Notes: generated by a model from the letters alone, not told the origin. A stretch of DNA of 64,000 bases from Heterodontus francisci (GCF_036365525.1 NC_090374.1:76095699-76159698), one strand, 5' to 3'. Shown: positions 49,063-61,388, counted from the first letter of the stretch. Translations and numbers: made by a program.

Positions 49063-50103
49063 TTGTTTGGCTGTATCCCCATTTCTGCATAAGGGATTTA
49101 TTTGCAGCAACTGACGTGATTGAGACATAGCCAATTAAGCCATGTTTTGTTGGCTCCTGATGGGAGGGATCCTCTGGATCATTAGACAACTTATGTGCCT
49201 TCGTCTGTAGATGTGTTGACCAATCAGCAAGGCGGCAGCTGCGGGGTTACAGTTTAGAGTCTGGACAATATGTAAAAAGTTGTCCCTCGACTTGAGCCTC
49301 TTTATTGCTGGCTCCTTCTGGAAGAGAGGATGACGAGGGTCACTGGTCTGCTTTGTCTGTTCTACTCTTGATATAACTTGCCTCATTATGGTGGGTACCA
49401 GCAAGCAGGTATGGATCATCCACTTTAATAGGTTTCTGGCAGCCAGTAATAGCTGTACAAGCTGTGTTGAGGATGGGATCCAACTTCTTGGCATAGGGAG
49501 AGCATTCCCAGACTGGGCATGTTGCTGAACAATAATCATGAACAATGACAAGTGAACAATACTAGACAATGGGGAGAAGTGAAGAATACTAGAAAAGGTC
49601 CAGCAACTGTGTGCTTATAAAGATGCCCTCTTCTGTGTTTTAATTTTTATCAATATATTTATCCAAGCCATGAACTCAAGTGTCACATTAAAATTTCAAC
49701 TAGTTAAAAATGGGTTCATTTCCATCTGCCTCCTATATAAAGCAGATGGAAAGCCAAGAATTACATCAAAAAGATAAAATGCTTTTTATTATTTATTTAT
49801 AGTTATTTATTTGTTACTGCATTTATCAAACAGATATTTATGAAGAGTGTATCTTAAATTAATTAATGATTTTATTTAGATCTGTCCTGATAAATTGGCC
49901 ATTGTTTGCATAGTACTTTGGAAGAATGTGATTTAATCATTTTAATGAGTCTTAACATTGATGTTCTTAATTGTTTTATCTGCTACATTTAATTCCACAG
50001 TCATAAGTAAAAACAATAAACTGCAAAAATTCTGAGAAGTAGTGGTATTTATTATCTGCCGAGTGCTGTGGTTGAACAAGCGGCATAGATAAGGAATACA
50101 AAT

Positions 50104-50460
50104 GGGCGGCACAGTGGCGCAGTGGTTAGCACCGCAGCCTCACAGCTCCAGCAACCCGGGTTTAATTCTGGGTATTGCCTGTGTGGAGTTTGCAAGTTCT
50201 CCCTGTGTCTGCGTGGGTTTCCTCCGGGTGCTCCGGTTTCCTCCCACATGCCAAAGACTTGCAGGTTGATAGGTAAATTGGCCGTTAGCAATTGCCCTTA
50301 GTATAGGTAGGTGGTAGGGAAATATAGAGACAGGTGGGGATGTGGTAGGAATATGGAATTAGTGTAGGATTAGTATAAATGGGTGGTTGATGGTCGGCAC
50401 AGACTCGGTGGGCCGAAGGGCCTGTTTCAGTGCTGTATCACTAAACTAAAACTAAACTAA
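50104..50460 (+). mobile_element. HE1-type V-SINE, full length
   Basis: Box A TGGCGCAGTGG, box B-like GGTTTAATTC, V-domain TGTGTGGAGTTTGCA..GCGTGGGTTTCCTCCGGGTGCTCCGGTTTCCTCCCACA, CR1-like 3' end, (TAAAC)n. Confidence 0.92.
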
Positions 50461-51114
50461 ATGAATGAGAGTGGAAAAGGCGCTGACTTTCAGTGATCTC
50501 TGTCACAAACCTTTATTTTCATGACAGTGTTGAAGTTGTATACGTATTGAAAGTCATTAGCTGAACTGACAATCCTGATCTTTTACAAGTGAAACCCCCT
50601 GCTCTTCTCATTATATCTAAATGCCCATCCCCACCTCAGCCAATATCAGATGCCCCTCCTGACTTGATCAGTATCCATGTTAAACACTTTGCCTGGGGTG
50701 CATCCCAAACCCTTTTGCTCCTCCCACACACTTTGTGATTGCTCTTATCTTTCCAACCAACTGCCACTCAGAGTGAAGAGTTGATTGGGTAGGGCTGACT
50801 CAACATTTTCAGTGCTAATGAAGAAAACAGTTTCTTTTCATGTTCTGAAGATCCAGGGATAGCTTCATACCACAATATTCTCAACGCCAGAATGAAACCA
50901 TTCAGCAAGAGAAAGAACTTGCATATAAAAGGCACCTTTCATGTCCTCAGGACAGCCCTAATTGCTTTACAGCCAATGAAGTACTTTTGAAGTGCAGTCA
51001 CTGTTGTAATGTGGGAAAATTCAATTGGTAATTTATTCACAGCAAGATTCCACAAACACCAATGCAATAAATGAGAGATAATCTGTTTTAATAATATTGA
51101 TTAAAGGAGAACTA

Positions 51115-52801
51115 CAGATACAGGAGAAATGCCGTGAACAACAGATGCCCCTCTGTGTTGCTTTCATTGATCTCACCAAAGCCTTTGACCTCGTCAGCAG
51201 ACATGGTCTCTTCAGACTACTAGAAAAGATCAGATATCCACCAGAGCTACCAAGTATCATCACCTCATTCCATGACAATATGAAAGGCACAATTCAGCAT
51301 AGCGGTGCCTCATCAGACCCCTTTCCTATCCTGAGTGGCGTGAAACAGGGCTATGTTCTCGCACCTACACGGTTTGGGATCTTCTTCTCACTGCTGCTGT
51401 CACATGCGTTCAAGTCTTCGGAAGAAGGAATTTTCCTCCACACAAGATCAGATGGCAGGTTGTTCAACCTTGCCCGTCTTAGAGCGAAGACCAAAGTACA
51501 GAAAGTTCTCATCAGGGAACTCCTCTTTGCTGACGATGCTGCATTAACATCCCAAACAGAAGAGTGCCTGCAGAGACTCATCGACAGGATTGCGGCTGCC
51601 TGCAACGAATTTGGCCTAACCATCAGCCTCAAGAAAACGAACATCATGGGACAGGACATCAGAAATGCTCCATCCATCAATATTGGCGACCACGCTCTGG
51701 AAGTGGTTCAAGAGTTCACCTACCTAGGCTCAACCATCACCAGTAACCTGTCTCTAGATGCAGAAATCAACAAGCACATGGGAAAGGCATCCGCTGCTAT
51801 GTCCAAACTGGCCAAGAGGGTGTGGGAAAATGGTGCACTGACATGGAACACAAAAGTCCGAGTGTATCAAGCCTGTGTCCTCAGTACCTTGCTCTGTGGC
51901 AGCGAGGCCTGGACAACGTATGTCAGCCAAGAGCGACGTCTCAACTCATTCCATCTTCGCTGCCTCCAGAGAATCCTTGGTATCAGGTGGCAGGACCATA
52001 TCTCCAATGCAGAAGTCCTCGAGGTGGCCAACATCCCCAGCATATTTTTTTTTTTTTTATTTCCAAAATATACTTTATTCATAAACATCTGTAAAAATTA
52101 CATTGCCAGACAGTTTCCAAACAGCACCAAAAAATACAAACATTGCAAGGGAGATCAGTTTCCTTCAATACTGTCATGAGTTCCTTCCCAACCCTTCCTT
52201 TTCACAATTGTCATGTCAATTACAGTTTTACATTTACAGCAATTGAGAATATTAACGATACAGTTCGAGGGGTTTCCCATGGATCCAGCCCCTCAGTCCA
52301 GCTTGGTGGGGGAACCTTACACTGTCCAGCATATACACCCTGCTGAGCCAGTGGCACTTGAGATGGCTTGGCCATGTGAGCTATACGGAAGATGGCAGAA
52401 TCCCCAAGGACTCATTTTACAGCGAACTCGACCCACTGGCCATCCATGTCTCCGCTTTAAAGACGTTTGCAAACGCGACATGACGTCCTGTGACATTGAC
52501 CACAAGTCGTGGGAGTCAGTTGCTAGTGATCGCCAGAGCTGGTGGACAGCCATAAAGGCGGGGCTAAAGAGTGGCGAGTCGAAGAGACTTAGCAGTTGGC
52601 AGGAAAAAAGACAGAAGCGCAAGGAGAGAGCCAACTGTGTAACAGCCTCGACAACCAATTTTATCTGCAGCACCTGTGGAAGAGTCTGTCACTCTAGAAT
52701 TGGCCTTTATAGCCACTCCAGGCGCTACTTCACAAACCACTGACCACCTCTAGGCGCTTACCCATTGTCTCTCGAGAGACAAGAAGGCCAAAGAAGAAGA
52801 A
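51115..52801 (+). mobile_element. RTE LINE, 5'-truncated, same family as 33801-36857
   Basis: Exact 16-bp TSD GATTAAAGGAGAACTA (51099-51114 and 52802-52817); RT motif FADD; (GAA)n tail. Confidence 0.95.
52045..52325 (-). mobile_element. Poly(A)-tailed retro-insert, probably the 3' UTR of an L1/Tx1-clade LINE
   Basis: Minus-strand AATAAA and poly(A); TSD CCAGCATA(T) at 52037-52045 and 52326-52334; begins ACA GTG TAA, a possible ORF end. Confidence 0.7.
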
Positions 52802-55193
52802 GATTAAAGGAGAACTATTGGCCAGAACATTAGGAGAACACCTGTGCTTTTCTTCAAATAGTGCCATGGAATCTTTTTCTGTCCACCTGAGAGGATCGGA
52901 TTGACCTTGGTTTCACATCTCATCTAACAGACGGCAACCTCTGACAATGCGGTACTTGCTCAGTACTGCACCAAAGAGTCAACCTACATTATGTGTTCAA
53001 GTCTCTAGAGAGGGACTTGAGCCCAGGGCCTTCTGATTCAAAAAAGAGAGTGCTAACATTGAGCCAAGGCTGACACCTATTAAAAAAATGTAAGAAACAA
53101 CTGTGGAGCATGTGCTAAAAGGTAGTTTAAAGCGGACATTGGTGGTATGAGGAGATGTAAAATTTGAGTCTGCTAAATTGAAATCATTCCTAAATTTATA
53201 ACTGTATCTCTACCCAGAGTGAGACTCAGTAACATTTTAAAGATCGTAACTAATATGCAGTTCGATCTATTTAGGCATGCTTGACACAGCAGACAATATG
53301 GTAAATGTATAGAGACATTGAGGGTAATTGTATCCACAATCCCTCCATATAACTATCATGATGGAAAGAAAAATCAGGCAGGTGTATAATGGGCGGCTGA
53401 TTCGATATCGCCTGTTTTACATCATCGAAAGAAGTTAGAATTACCCCCATAATCTTTTGCAAACAGTGAAGGAACTGCCCCAAAAGATTGTTCATTTTTA
53501 AGAAGAGCTAAAGGAGTGATGCATCATTGAATATTTTCAGATTATTAAGTAAATTATCTTGGAGAGTAGCAACACTTTACCTCTTATTCCTTTAAAAGTT
53601 GCATCACTGGGTAAATATAATGCCAAAGAAAGAGTCTGTAGACATTTTTCCATGACTGCAAGAAAATGGATCCAATCTTAAAAAAATTTGTCTGGTAACC
53701 TTAACTCTATCCTTGCTCATCAAAGTAAAAGCTGCAATTTGTTTGTGTTTGCTTTCAGATAATGAACCAAACTGACCTTTGTCCCAGACTGTACAAACAG
53801 ATTTTTAACATGAAGGAGATTTGTTAAAATACGCAGTTTAGGTATTTGAGTTTATTCAGGATGGCTACAGAAATTTTCTGACATTGGATGCAAGTGGTTC
53901 AGTGGTGCACAATTTCTGATTTGTGTATTTCCAGAGAAAGACAGATTTTCCAAACAAGCTTTCCCTGAAGACAGTGCAAAATACAAATGCTGACAGCAAT
54001 TTTCTAGCTATAATGTAAATGATCACAAAAGGTATTAATAAAGAAATTAAGCATTCCTGTGGGCCTTCCATTACCTGGGCCTTATCTTTCACTCGGGCTA
54101 TTGTGATGTTAATCGTGATTGTTTGCACCAGAACAGGAAAACAGCTTTTTGTTTCATACAGTATTGCTGTTCTTCCATTTGATTGCATAAATTGTGATTT
54201 ATGGTCACTTTTATTCCATTTATCGGGTCCATACTGCTGTCAGCATGACTGTCACCAGGTATCAGAGATGAGATAGCAGAGGAGAGGTGATCAGGAGAGA
54301 CAGAGAGTCCAGGATTCCTCCCGCTCTAGTTGTATGCTTACAAAATTTCAATTACAATTTGGGGGTCGGGGGTCGCGGGTGGGGGGAAGGGGGCGGGGTG
54401 CGTGGAAAGCAGCTCCAGTGGCATTCTTATCCTTTTGGGATCAGGAGTGTTTTTGTTTTCTATGTTAAACAACCTGAGATATGGCTATGTTGCAACTTGT
54501 CAACAGCAACACCTGACGGCCTTATCAGCATCACTGAGCTACAAATGTTCTTCATATTATCCTTACTCCCTCCCTCAGGAGCCAATTGTTAAGGCTTCAA
54601 ACAGCTGCAAAAAACAAATCTAGATTCTGTCTGGCAGCTGTATAAAAAAAGTGGCATATGGCTTGCTTCATTTTTTTGGCACAATCGCTCTCCTGGATTA
54701 ATTGGTGAAATTTGAGGAGTTAAGTATTTTGAGATGATCCCTCTAGCGAAAAGGTAAATTGCAAAATCATGTTTCTTTGATGTTTAGCATTATAAATGAT
54801 GGGAATGCTTGACTAAGAGCCTTTAAACAGCAACAGAGTACTGCAGAAATACTTTTGTTATAATGTTGATAGTAGGAGTTTTTCTTTTACATAGTCTTCT
54901 TGACAATTTTGTAATGATTTGTGCATTTATATAAGTAACTAATTGTGCACTAGAAGAGTTTATTAAATACTATTACATTGTAATGATTTTACAGGAAGTA
55001 TTATTCTGTTTCATTAGTAATTACATCAACACAAAATTCTAGTGTATAGTTCATTTAGTGATTCATTTGATACGTGGTGCATTGTTCATTTGAGGCCACC
55101 ATACAGGCTTGGTGTAGCATGCGCAGTGTGCCACTAGATGGATTCGTTAATAAAATTCAGTTTACAGCAGTAATCCAGAAGATAGTGCTGTGT

Positions 55194-55293
55194 AATAAAA
55201 ACAAGAAATGCTGGAACCACTCAGCAGGTCTGGCAGCATCTGTGGAAAGAGAAGCAGAGTTAACGTTTCGGGTCAGTGACCCTTCTTCGGAAC
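55194..55293 (-). ncRNA. 100-bp Penelope-derived hammerhead unit (CCGAAGA variant core)
   Basis: Minus strand GTT-CCGAAGA-A-GGGTC-ACT-GACCC-GAAA-CGT-T-AAC; 14-bp flanking repeat AGATAGTGCTGTGT (55180-55193 and 55303-55316). Confidence 0.75.
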
Positions 55294-55663
55294 AAAATCG
55301 CCAGATAGTGCTGTGTGTTTTTTTCCAGAGATTTACAATAGCAGATCTACAATATGAGATCTTACTGTTATATATTGTTATACTGTCTGTAAAGTGCTAG
55401 GAACTAATTAGCTAGGAACTAGTTGTTATGTGTAAGTGTCCAAGTGGGGCCACATTCATGGCTGCACTGGAGAATCATGTGATATGTAACAGAAAACCAG
55501 TCTAGCCAGTCCCTACCAGGCAGCATGGTGAGCTGTATTAAACACAAAGAGCTCCAGCCATTCCAAGTCTAAAGTGTGATTATTTCCAACATCAGGGAAC
55601 CAGAAAACAACAAGAAGATGTAACACTTACAATGGCGACGAGGATGGAATCTGCAGTTGCTTT

Positions 55664-56310
55664 ACAGAATCATAGAATCTCAGAATGGTTACAGTACAGA
55701 AGCAGGACATTCAGCCGGTCGTGTCCACACCTGCAAAATAAACTCACCTTGTCCCACTCCCCTGCTTTATCCCCATAGCCCTGCACTTTTTTTCTCTTCA
55801 GATAATTATCCTGTTCTCTTTTAAAAGCCTTGATTGAATCTGCCTCCTCCGTACTCTCAGGCAGTGCTTTCCAGATCCTAACCACTCGCTGCGTAAAAAA
55901 GTTTTTCCTCATGTCACTATTGCATCTTTTGCCAATTATCTTAAAACTGTGCCCTCTTGTTCTTCATACTTCCACCAATGGGAACAGTTTTTCCCTATCT
56001 ACTCTGTCCAGACCCTCATGATTTTTAACATCTCTGTCAAATTTCCTCTCAACCTTCTCTTCTCCAAGGAAAGCGGTGCCAACTTCTCCAGTCTATCCAC
56101 ATAACTGAAGTTCCTCATCCCTGGAACCATTCTTGTGAATCTTTCCTGCATTCTCTCTAATGCCTTAATATCTTTCCTAAAGTGTGGTGCCCAGAACGGG
56201 ACACAATGCTCTAGTTTAACATAACCTCCTTGCTTTTATACTCTATATGCCTCTATTAATGAAGCCTGTATACTCTATTCCGCTCTTTCAACTTGCCTCC
56301 TAAAACTTTG
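55664..56310 (-). mobile_element. CR1 3' fragment
   Basis: MRKNFFTQRVVRIWKALPE; tail is the reverse complement of AGAATCATAGAATC. Confidence 0.85.
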
Positions 56311-57529
56311 ACAAAAAGAGACCGGAGGATCTCTCTGGGGGTGAAGGGAACCCCACCTTTTCAGCCCGGCGCCGGGAGCCCTGCTGCCGGCGCAAAATCC
56401 GACCCACCATTATTACTTTTAACAATGTGTGATTGTGCCTGTGGAACACTATCCTGCAGCTTTAATCATGCATTATCGCTGCACTAATGATCAAGATGGC
56501 GATGGCTATGCCCAAACTATCACAATTGATATGCACTCCGAGCCCTCATCTGTGTTTCCTCATTGGCAGAAGTGGCTGCGATGATTCGAGGACATAATGA
56601 TGGGCTTTGGAATAATCAATGATAAAAAAAAAAAGGCTTTACTTCTACACAATGGAGGTGAAGAATTGGAAAATATTTTTAAGACACTTACACCTGCACA
56701 AGTCGAATATAATTCAGCAAAAAGGCACTAACAACTTATTTTGCACCCAAGAAGAATGCAATATATGAAAAAATTATTTTCCGATGAATCAAGCCAGAAA
56801 CAATTGAGATAACTGATCAATATTACACATGATTGAGACAATTGGCAAGCAAATGTGACTTCGGTGACGTCGAATATGTTGAATGGGCAATCAAAACACA
56901 ACTAAGTGAAGGATACCTCTCCAGTCAAATACACAGAAAAGCACTTGAGAAAGAAGAAAGCTGTCCAAACAGCTGAAGTTAGCAAGATCGCTATCCCTTT
57001 CAGAGACCAGAACTGCAGAAGCTGAGGTTGCCAACAGTAACTGCCACACTTCAAGCCCAAATCCTGTGAATAGAGTTCACTGCTCATGTGCCTGCAAAGT
57101 ACTCAACAAATTCTTCCATGGTGGAGGTACTTATCCCTGCTACTGGCAAGCAGTGTAAAGCTTGTGAGAAATACAACCATTTTGCTCACCTTTGTTACTC
57201 ATCTGCAAAATTAATTGTTAAAACCAATCCTGCCAAAAGGTTGCCAGGTATACCACACCAAAAGAGTGACAGAATGTAGCCAATGTAGAGATAGATGACC
57301 CTGAGTATACTTTTGTGCTCTCCTCTGGACACAGCAACCAGCCATTTTTGACAGTGAACATTGGCTACTCGAATGTAGATGCTGTCATAGGTACAGGAGC
57401 AACTGTCAACGCCATGGAAGATAAAACATTTAACAAACTTCAGGATTGCCCCATCCTTTGCAAACCAGGGAATACAAAAATCTTCCCCTACAACTGTAAC
57501 AAACCACTGAAAGGTCTTGGGACTTTCGA

Positions 57530-58102
57530 AAGTTCTGGGCACCACACCTTAGGAAGGATATATTGGGCTTGGAGGGAGTGCAACGTAGGTTTACAAGAAT
57601 GATATCTGGACTACAGGGGTTAAGTTACAAGGAGAGATTACACAAATTAGGCCTGTTTTCGCTAGAATTTAGAAGGTTAAGGGGTGATCAGATTGAAGTC
57701 TTCAAGATATTAACAGGAAAAGACAGGCTTGATAAAGATTATCTATTTCCACTGGCTGGAGATTCTAAAACTAGAGGGCATAGTCTAAAAATTAAAACCA
57801 GACCATTCAGGAGAGATGTTAGGAAGCACTCCTTCATGCAAAGGGTGGTAGGGGTTTGGAACTCTCTCCCACAAACAGCAGTTGAAGCTAGAACAGCTGT
57901 TAATTTTAAATCTGAGATAGATTTTTGTTAAGCAAAGATATCAAGGGATTTTTTTAAAAATTCATTCATGGGATGTGGGCGTCACTGGCCAGGCCAAGGA
58001 TATGGGCCAAAGGCAGGTATATGGAGTTAGGCCGTGGATCACCCATGATCTCATTGAAATACGGGACAGGCTCGAGGGGCTGAATGGCCTACTTGTTCCT
58101 AT
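57530..58102 (+). mobile_element. CR1 3' fragment in Gypsy pol, with an about 46-bp antisense tail of the other CR1 family at about 57948-57993
   Basis: LEGVQRRFTRMISG..FMQRVVGVWNSLP; the insert is the reverse complement of the CCCACATCCCATGAATGAA tail. Confidence 0.85.
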
Positions 58103-58607
58103 GAAATGCCAGTCACGTTCCAAGAAACCAGAACAAATGCTGTATTCTTTGTCATATCTGCAGAAAGTGACACACTCATCAGTTTCCACACAACAACAGA
58201 TCTGTGCATGTTTGCAGCCACGTATGCAGTTCCTATGCGTACCAACAACATTCTTGAACTATATGCTGATTGCTTCACAGTATCAGTAAACTGAAGGGTG
58301 TTACATGCAAGCTGCATTTAGATCCCAAAGTGTGTCCAGTCGTGTATCACATTGACTAATAGTGTCCCATGTCAGAAAGAAGACAGAGAAGGAACTTCAG
58401 CGCTTGTTTGACCTTGACGTCGTTGAGAATGTTCGGGATGAACCGACCCCTTGGGTCTCACCTATACAAGTTGTTAAGAAACCTAAGAGTGAGAACAAGA
58501 TCAGGTTCTGTATCGATATGAGGTCTCCAAAGTAATCAATATAACGAGAAAGACATTTGACGCTGACAATTGACAACATAATAGAGAAAGTGAATGGTGC
58601 CAAAAGT

Positions 58608-59181
58608 TTCATACCAAATCCCGTTCACCTATCACCCCTGTGGTCGCTGACCTACATTGGCTCCCAGCCAAGCAGCATCTTGATTTTAAAATTCTCATCT
58701 TTGTTTTCCAATCCCTCCGTGGCCTCGCCCCTCCTTATCTCTGTAAGCTCCTTCAGCCCCACAACCCTCTAAGACATCTGTGCTCATATTATTCTGGCCT
58801 CTTGACCATCCCTAATTTTAATCACTCAACCATTGGTGACCATGCCTTCCGTTTCCTAGGCCCTAAACTCTGGAATTCCCTCCCTACACCTCTTTGAATC
58901 TCTACCTTGCTTTCCTCCTTTAAGAAACTCCTTAAAACTTACATCTTTGACCAAGCTTTATGTCATCAAACATAATATCTCCTTATGTGGCTCAGTGTTA
59001 TATTTTGTTTTATAACACTCCTGTGAAGTGCTTTTGGACTTTTTCTAACATTAAAGCCACTATATCAATATAAGTTGTTGTTATGTGGCTGGGTATCAAA
59101 TTTTGTTTGATAACACTCTTGTGAAGCACTTTGAGGCACTTTAGGTTTTTAAAAGGCACTATATAAATGCAGGTTGTTGTT
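58608..59181 (+). mobile_element. L2 LINE 3' fragment with a duplicated tail
   Basis: LHWLPAKQHLDFKILIFVFQSLRGLAPPYL..LWNSLP; two tail copies. Confidence 0.88.
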
Positions 59182-59410
59182 ACCCAAAATGTGCTTACAT
59201 TTCTTTGTACATTCGTAAGTGCATGATCTAGTCACTAAATATGGCATTTCTCTATGGTAGCTGAACCATTCCTAAAATAAATGGTGCACTGCACAGTTGG
59301 CTTAATGAACTTTTTGACATTTATATTTGTTAAGCATCTTGATAACTGTTATAGGTGCAGTAAAAGATAATTACTGCAGGTGCTATAATGTGCAGCTACA
59401 AGTTTTTTAC

Positions 59411-59558
59411 CTTTTTAAAAATCGTTCCTGGGATGTGGGTGTCGCTGGCTAGGCCAGCATTTATTGCCCATCCCTAATTGCCCTTGAGAAGGTGATGGTG
59501 AGCTGCCTTCTTGAACCGCTGCAGTCCATGTGTGGTAGGTACACCCACAGTGCTGTTA
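59411..59558 (-). mobile_element. Short CR1-type 3' end (family of 47768-49062)
   Basis: Reverse complement of about 48915-49060. Confidence 0.88.
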
Positions 59559-61137
59559 CTGTTAACAATATCACAATCTTAGGAATGCTTTTTCAAAGTT
59601 GTATGTTTCTGTGATTTTGCTATAGAATCAATAATTAGCAATGATAAATTGATGTTTAGTTCATTTTTTGACAAAAGAAATATTTAAAAAGTTTAGTAAC
59701 TGTAGTAATAAACATGCTATTCCAAGCCTATTCTGATTGTTAAATCCTGTTATATTTAGACAAAATTGATTTTTGAAGACCCATTGGATTAGATTTTCCC
59801 CCACTTGCCAGCAGTGCATTGGTTTGGGATACTCATTCACCCACGTAACACCACTGGGACACTATCACGTGTTCCTAGAGGGTAACCTCATCTTGTATGC
59901 AGGTCAACTTTTGAGTGGTACTTCTCCTGAGCAGCCTACTTCCTTTGGTTGGGAGGGAATTGTGGTATAGCTGTAACTCACAAAAGGCCATAACTGCTTA
60001 AAGAACACCTACATGGGGAAATAAAGACCATACAAAGAAAAAGAGCAAATCAACACAATGGCAGAAGGAAGAGCAGCCTTCAGAGTCTCTAGATTCTAGA
60101 CCTAGATTCTCAGATGGAAGTTGTATTGGCAGAGCTAAGGGTAAGGAGAGATTGCCCCTTGGGTAGTCCTCACTCTATGAAAGAATTTCTATACATGAAA
60201 TAATATAAATGAAATACTTATAACACAAGCTGTGCCTGGGTCTTGTATACTGGTAGGAAATGAGCATGCACCTGATGTCTCCCTTTCTTACTCCACTAAA
60301 TGCAGTATTGATAGTACACTGAATCCAATATCCATTGACAGATTAGTTTGTTTTCAACTTAAATATGTAGTGACCTATGTGTCAGTACAGGAATAGAATC
60401 TGCATCCTCTGCAATGTTGCCAGTTACATAGAAGGGTTAGCAATGCATGGGTTAACACATGTGCTGTGCAAGCTTTGTGTGACAGGACATGCACTAGGAA
60501 TTCAGGTTCCTTGGGTAGCCCATCCCACCAAATTTTCTATCTATTCATTTGAATGGCTAGGAGATCCCACAATGTTCAATGACCTCCATACTCAAATTTC
60601 TGATACATGCCTCCAACATGCAGAGCTTTGCCAGCTGGCGAACTCATAAAATCTATGCAGTAGCATGTCATCCATTTACCTTCCTATTATAGCAGTAGTA
60701 ATTAGTTTAACTGCCCTTTAGTATTGTAATGCCTATAAGCCAATTCCTCCAAAAAGTAATTTGAGACTGTATGAGAAACAGCTGGAAAATGTGTACCCTT
60801 TGATATTATTTCCCTGTAACCCTGAAGTAGCACAGATGTTCTCTGCGCAATAGACATTCATTTCAAGGCTACAGTAATCTTTTACTTTACACTTATTATT
60901 ACACAATAAAAACATTGAAGTAATTTGAACTTTCACTGCTTGGGATGTAAACTGGTAGAGCAGATTACCCCAATTGTTATAGATCATCATTTCCTGGAAA
61001 TAAAATTTGGGTGGGTTCAATAACAGGCAGTCACCTTCTCTATCAGTTCACCACCCAAACAGTGAAGGTGAAAATGATTTCCATTGATTTTACTGATGGG
61101 ATTTGAAAATCTTTGTAAATTTAGTAAGTTTAATATA

Positions 61138-61387
61138 TTTTATATGTTGTTATATTATCTGTAAAGAGCTAGGAACTAAGTAGCTAGGAACTAATTGTTA
61201 TGTGTAAGTGCTCCAGGGCCAGTTTCATGGCTGCACTGGAGAGTCATGTGATGTGTAACACTACACCGCTCTCGGGCAGTCCTTACCAGACAGAATGGAA
61301 GCTGAATGATATAAACAAAGACATCAAGTACTTTTAAGCTTAAAGAGTGTTTATTTCTAATTTATGGGAACCAGAAGAATTAATATG
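61138..61387 (+). repeat. LTR related to 55366-55612
   Basis: Shared GCTAGGAACTAA.TAGCTAGGAACTA.TTGTTATGTGTAAGTG and TTCATGGCTGCACTGGAGA.TCATGTGAT. Confidence 0.75.
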
Positions 61388-61388
61388 G

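Larger units (their letters stand above)
47590..49545 (-). mobile_element. Ingi/Vingi-like (I-group) LINE 3' fragment, split by a CR1
   Basis: SDPRHPLF..KRLKSRDNFL (49135-49400), SLMQKWGYS (about 49070-49100), resuming SSVDCDYGEASQPMKHLLECPLL (47600-47760). Confidence 0.7.
50908..53076 (-). mobile_element. DeuSINE (SacSINE1-like) split by an RTE insertion
   Basis: Halves 50908-51114 and 52802-53076 match 3936-4388. Confidence 0.85.
55366..58607 (+). mobile_element. Degenerate Gypsy LTR retrotransposon (LTR, PBS, gag, protease, RT start) with nested inserts
   Basis: PBS TGGCGACGAGG at about 55633; gag WQKWLR*FE..KALLLHNGGEEL; knuckle CKACEKYNHFAHLC; protease VIGTGATVN; RT EPTPWVSPIQVVKKP..IRFCIDMR. 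Confidence 0.85.

Noticed and set aside
50104-50175. tRNA gene
   Set aside because: tRNA-derived SINE head running straight into the V-domain; no poly-T terminator or complete cloverleaf.
53935-54031. AG..GT bounded segment as a coding exon
   Set aside because: Stops in all three frames.
55074-55400. Recurrent peptide NKNKKCWNHSAGLAASVEREAELTFRVSDPSSE in several ORFs
   Set aside because: Antisense translation of the Penelope-derived repeat, not a protein domain.
60733-61020. 95-aa minus-strand ORF with an acceptor-like site
   Set aside because: No recognisable homology or convincing donor.
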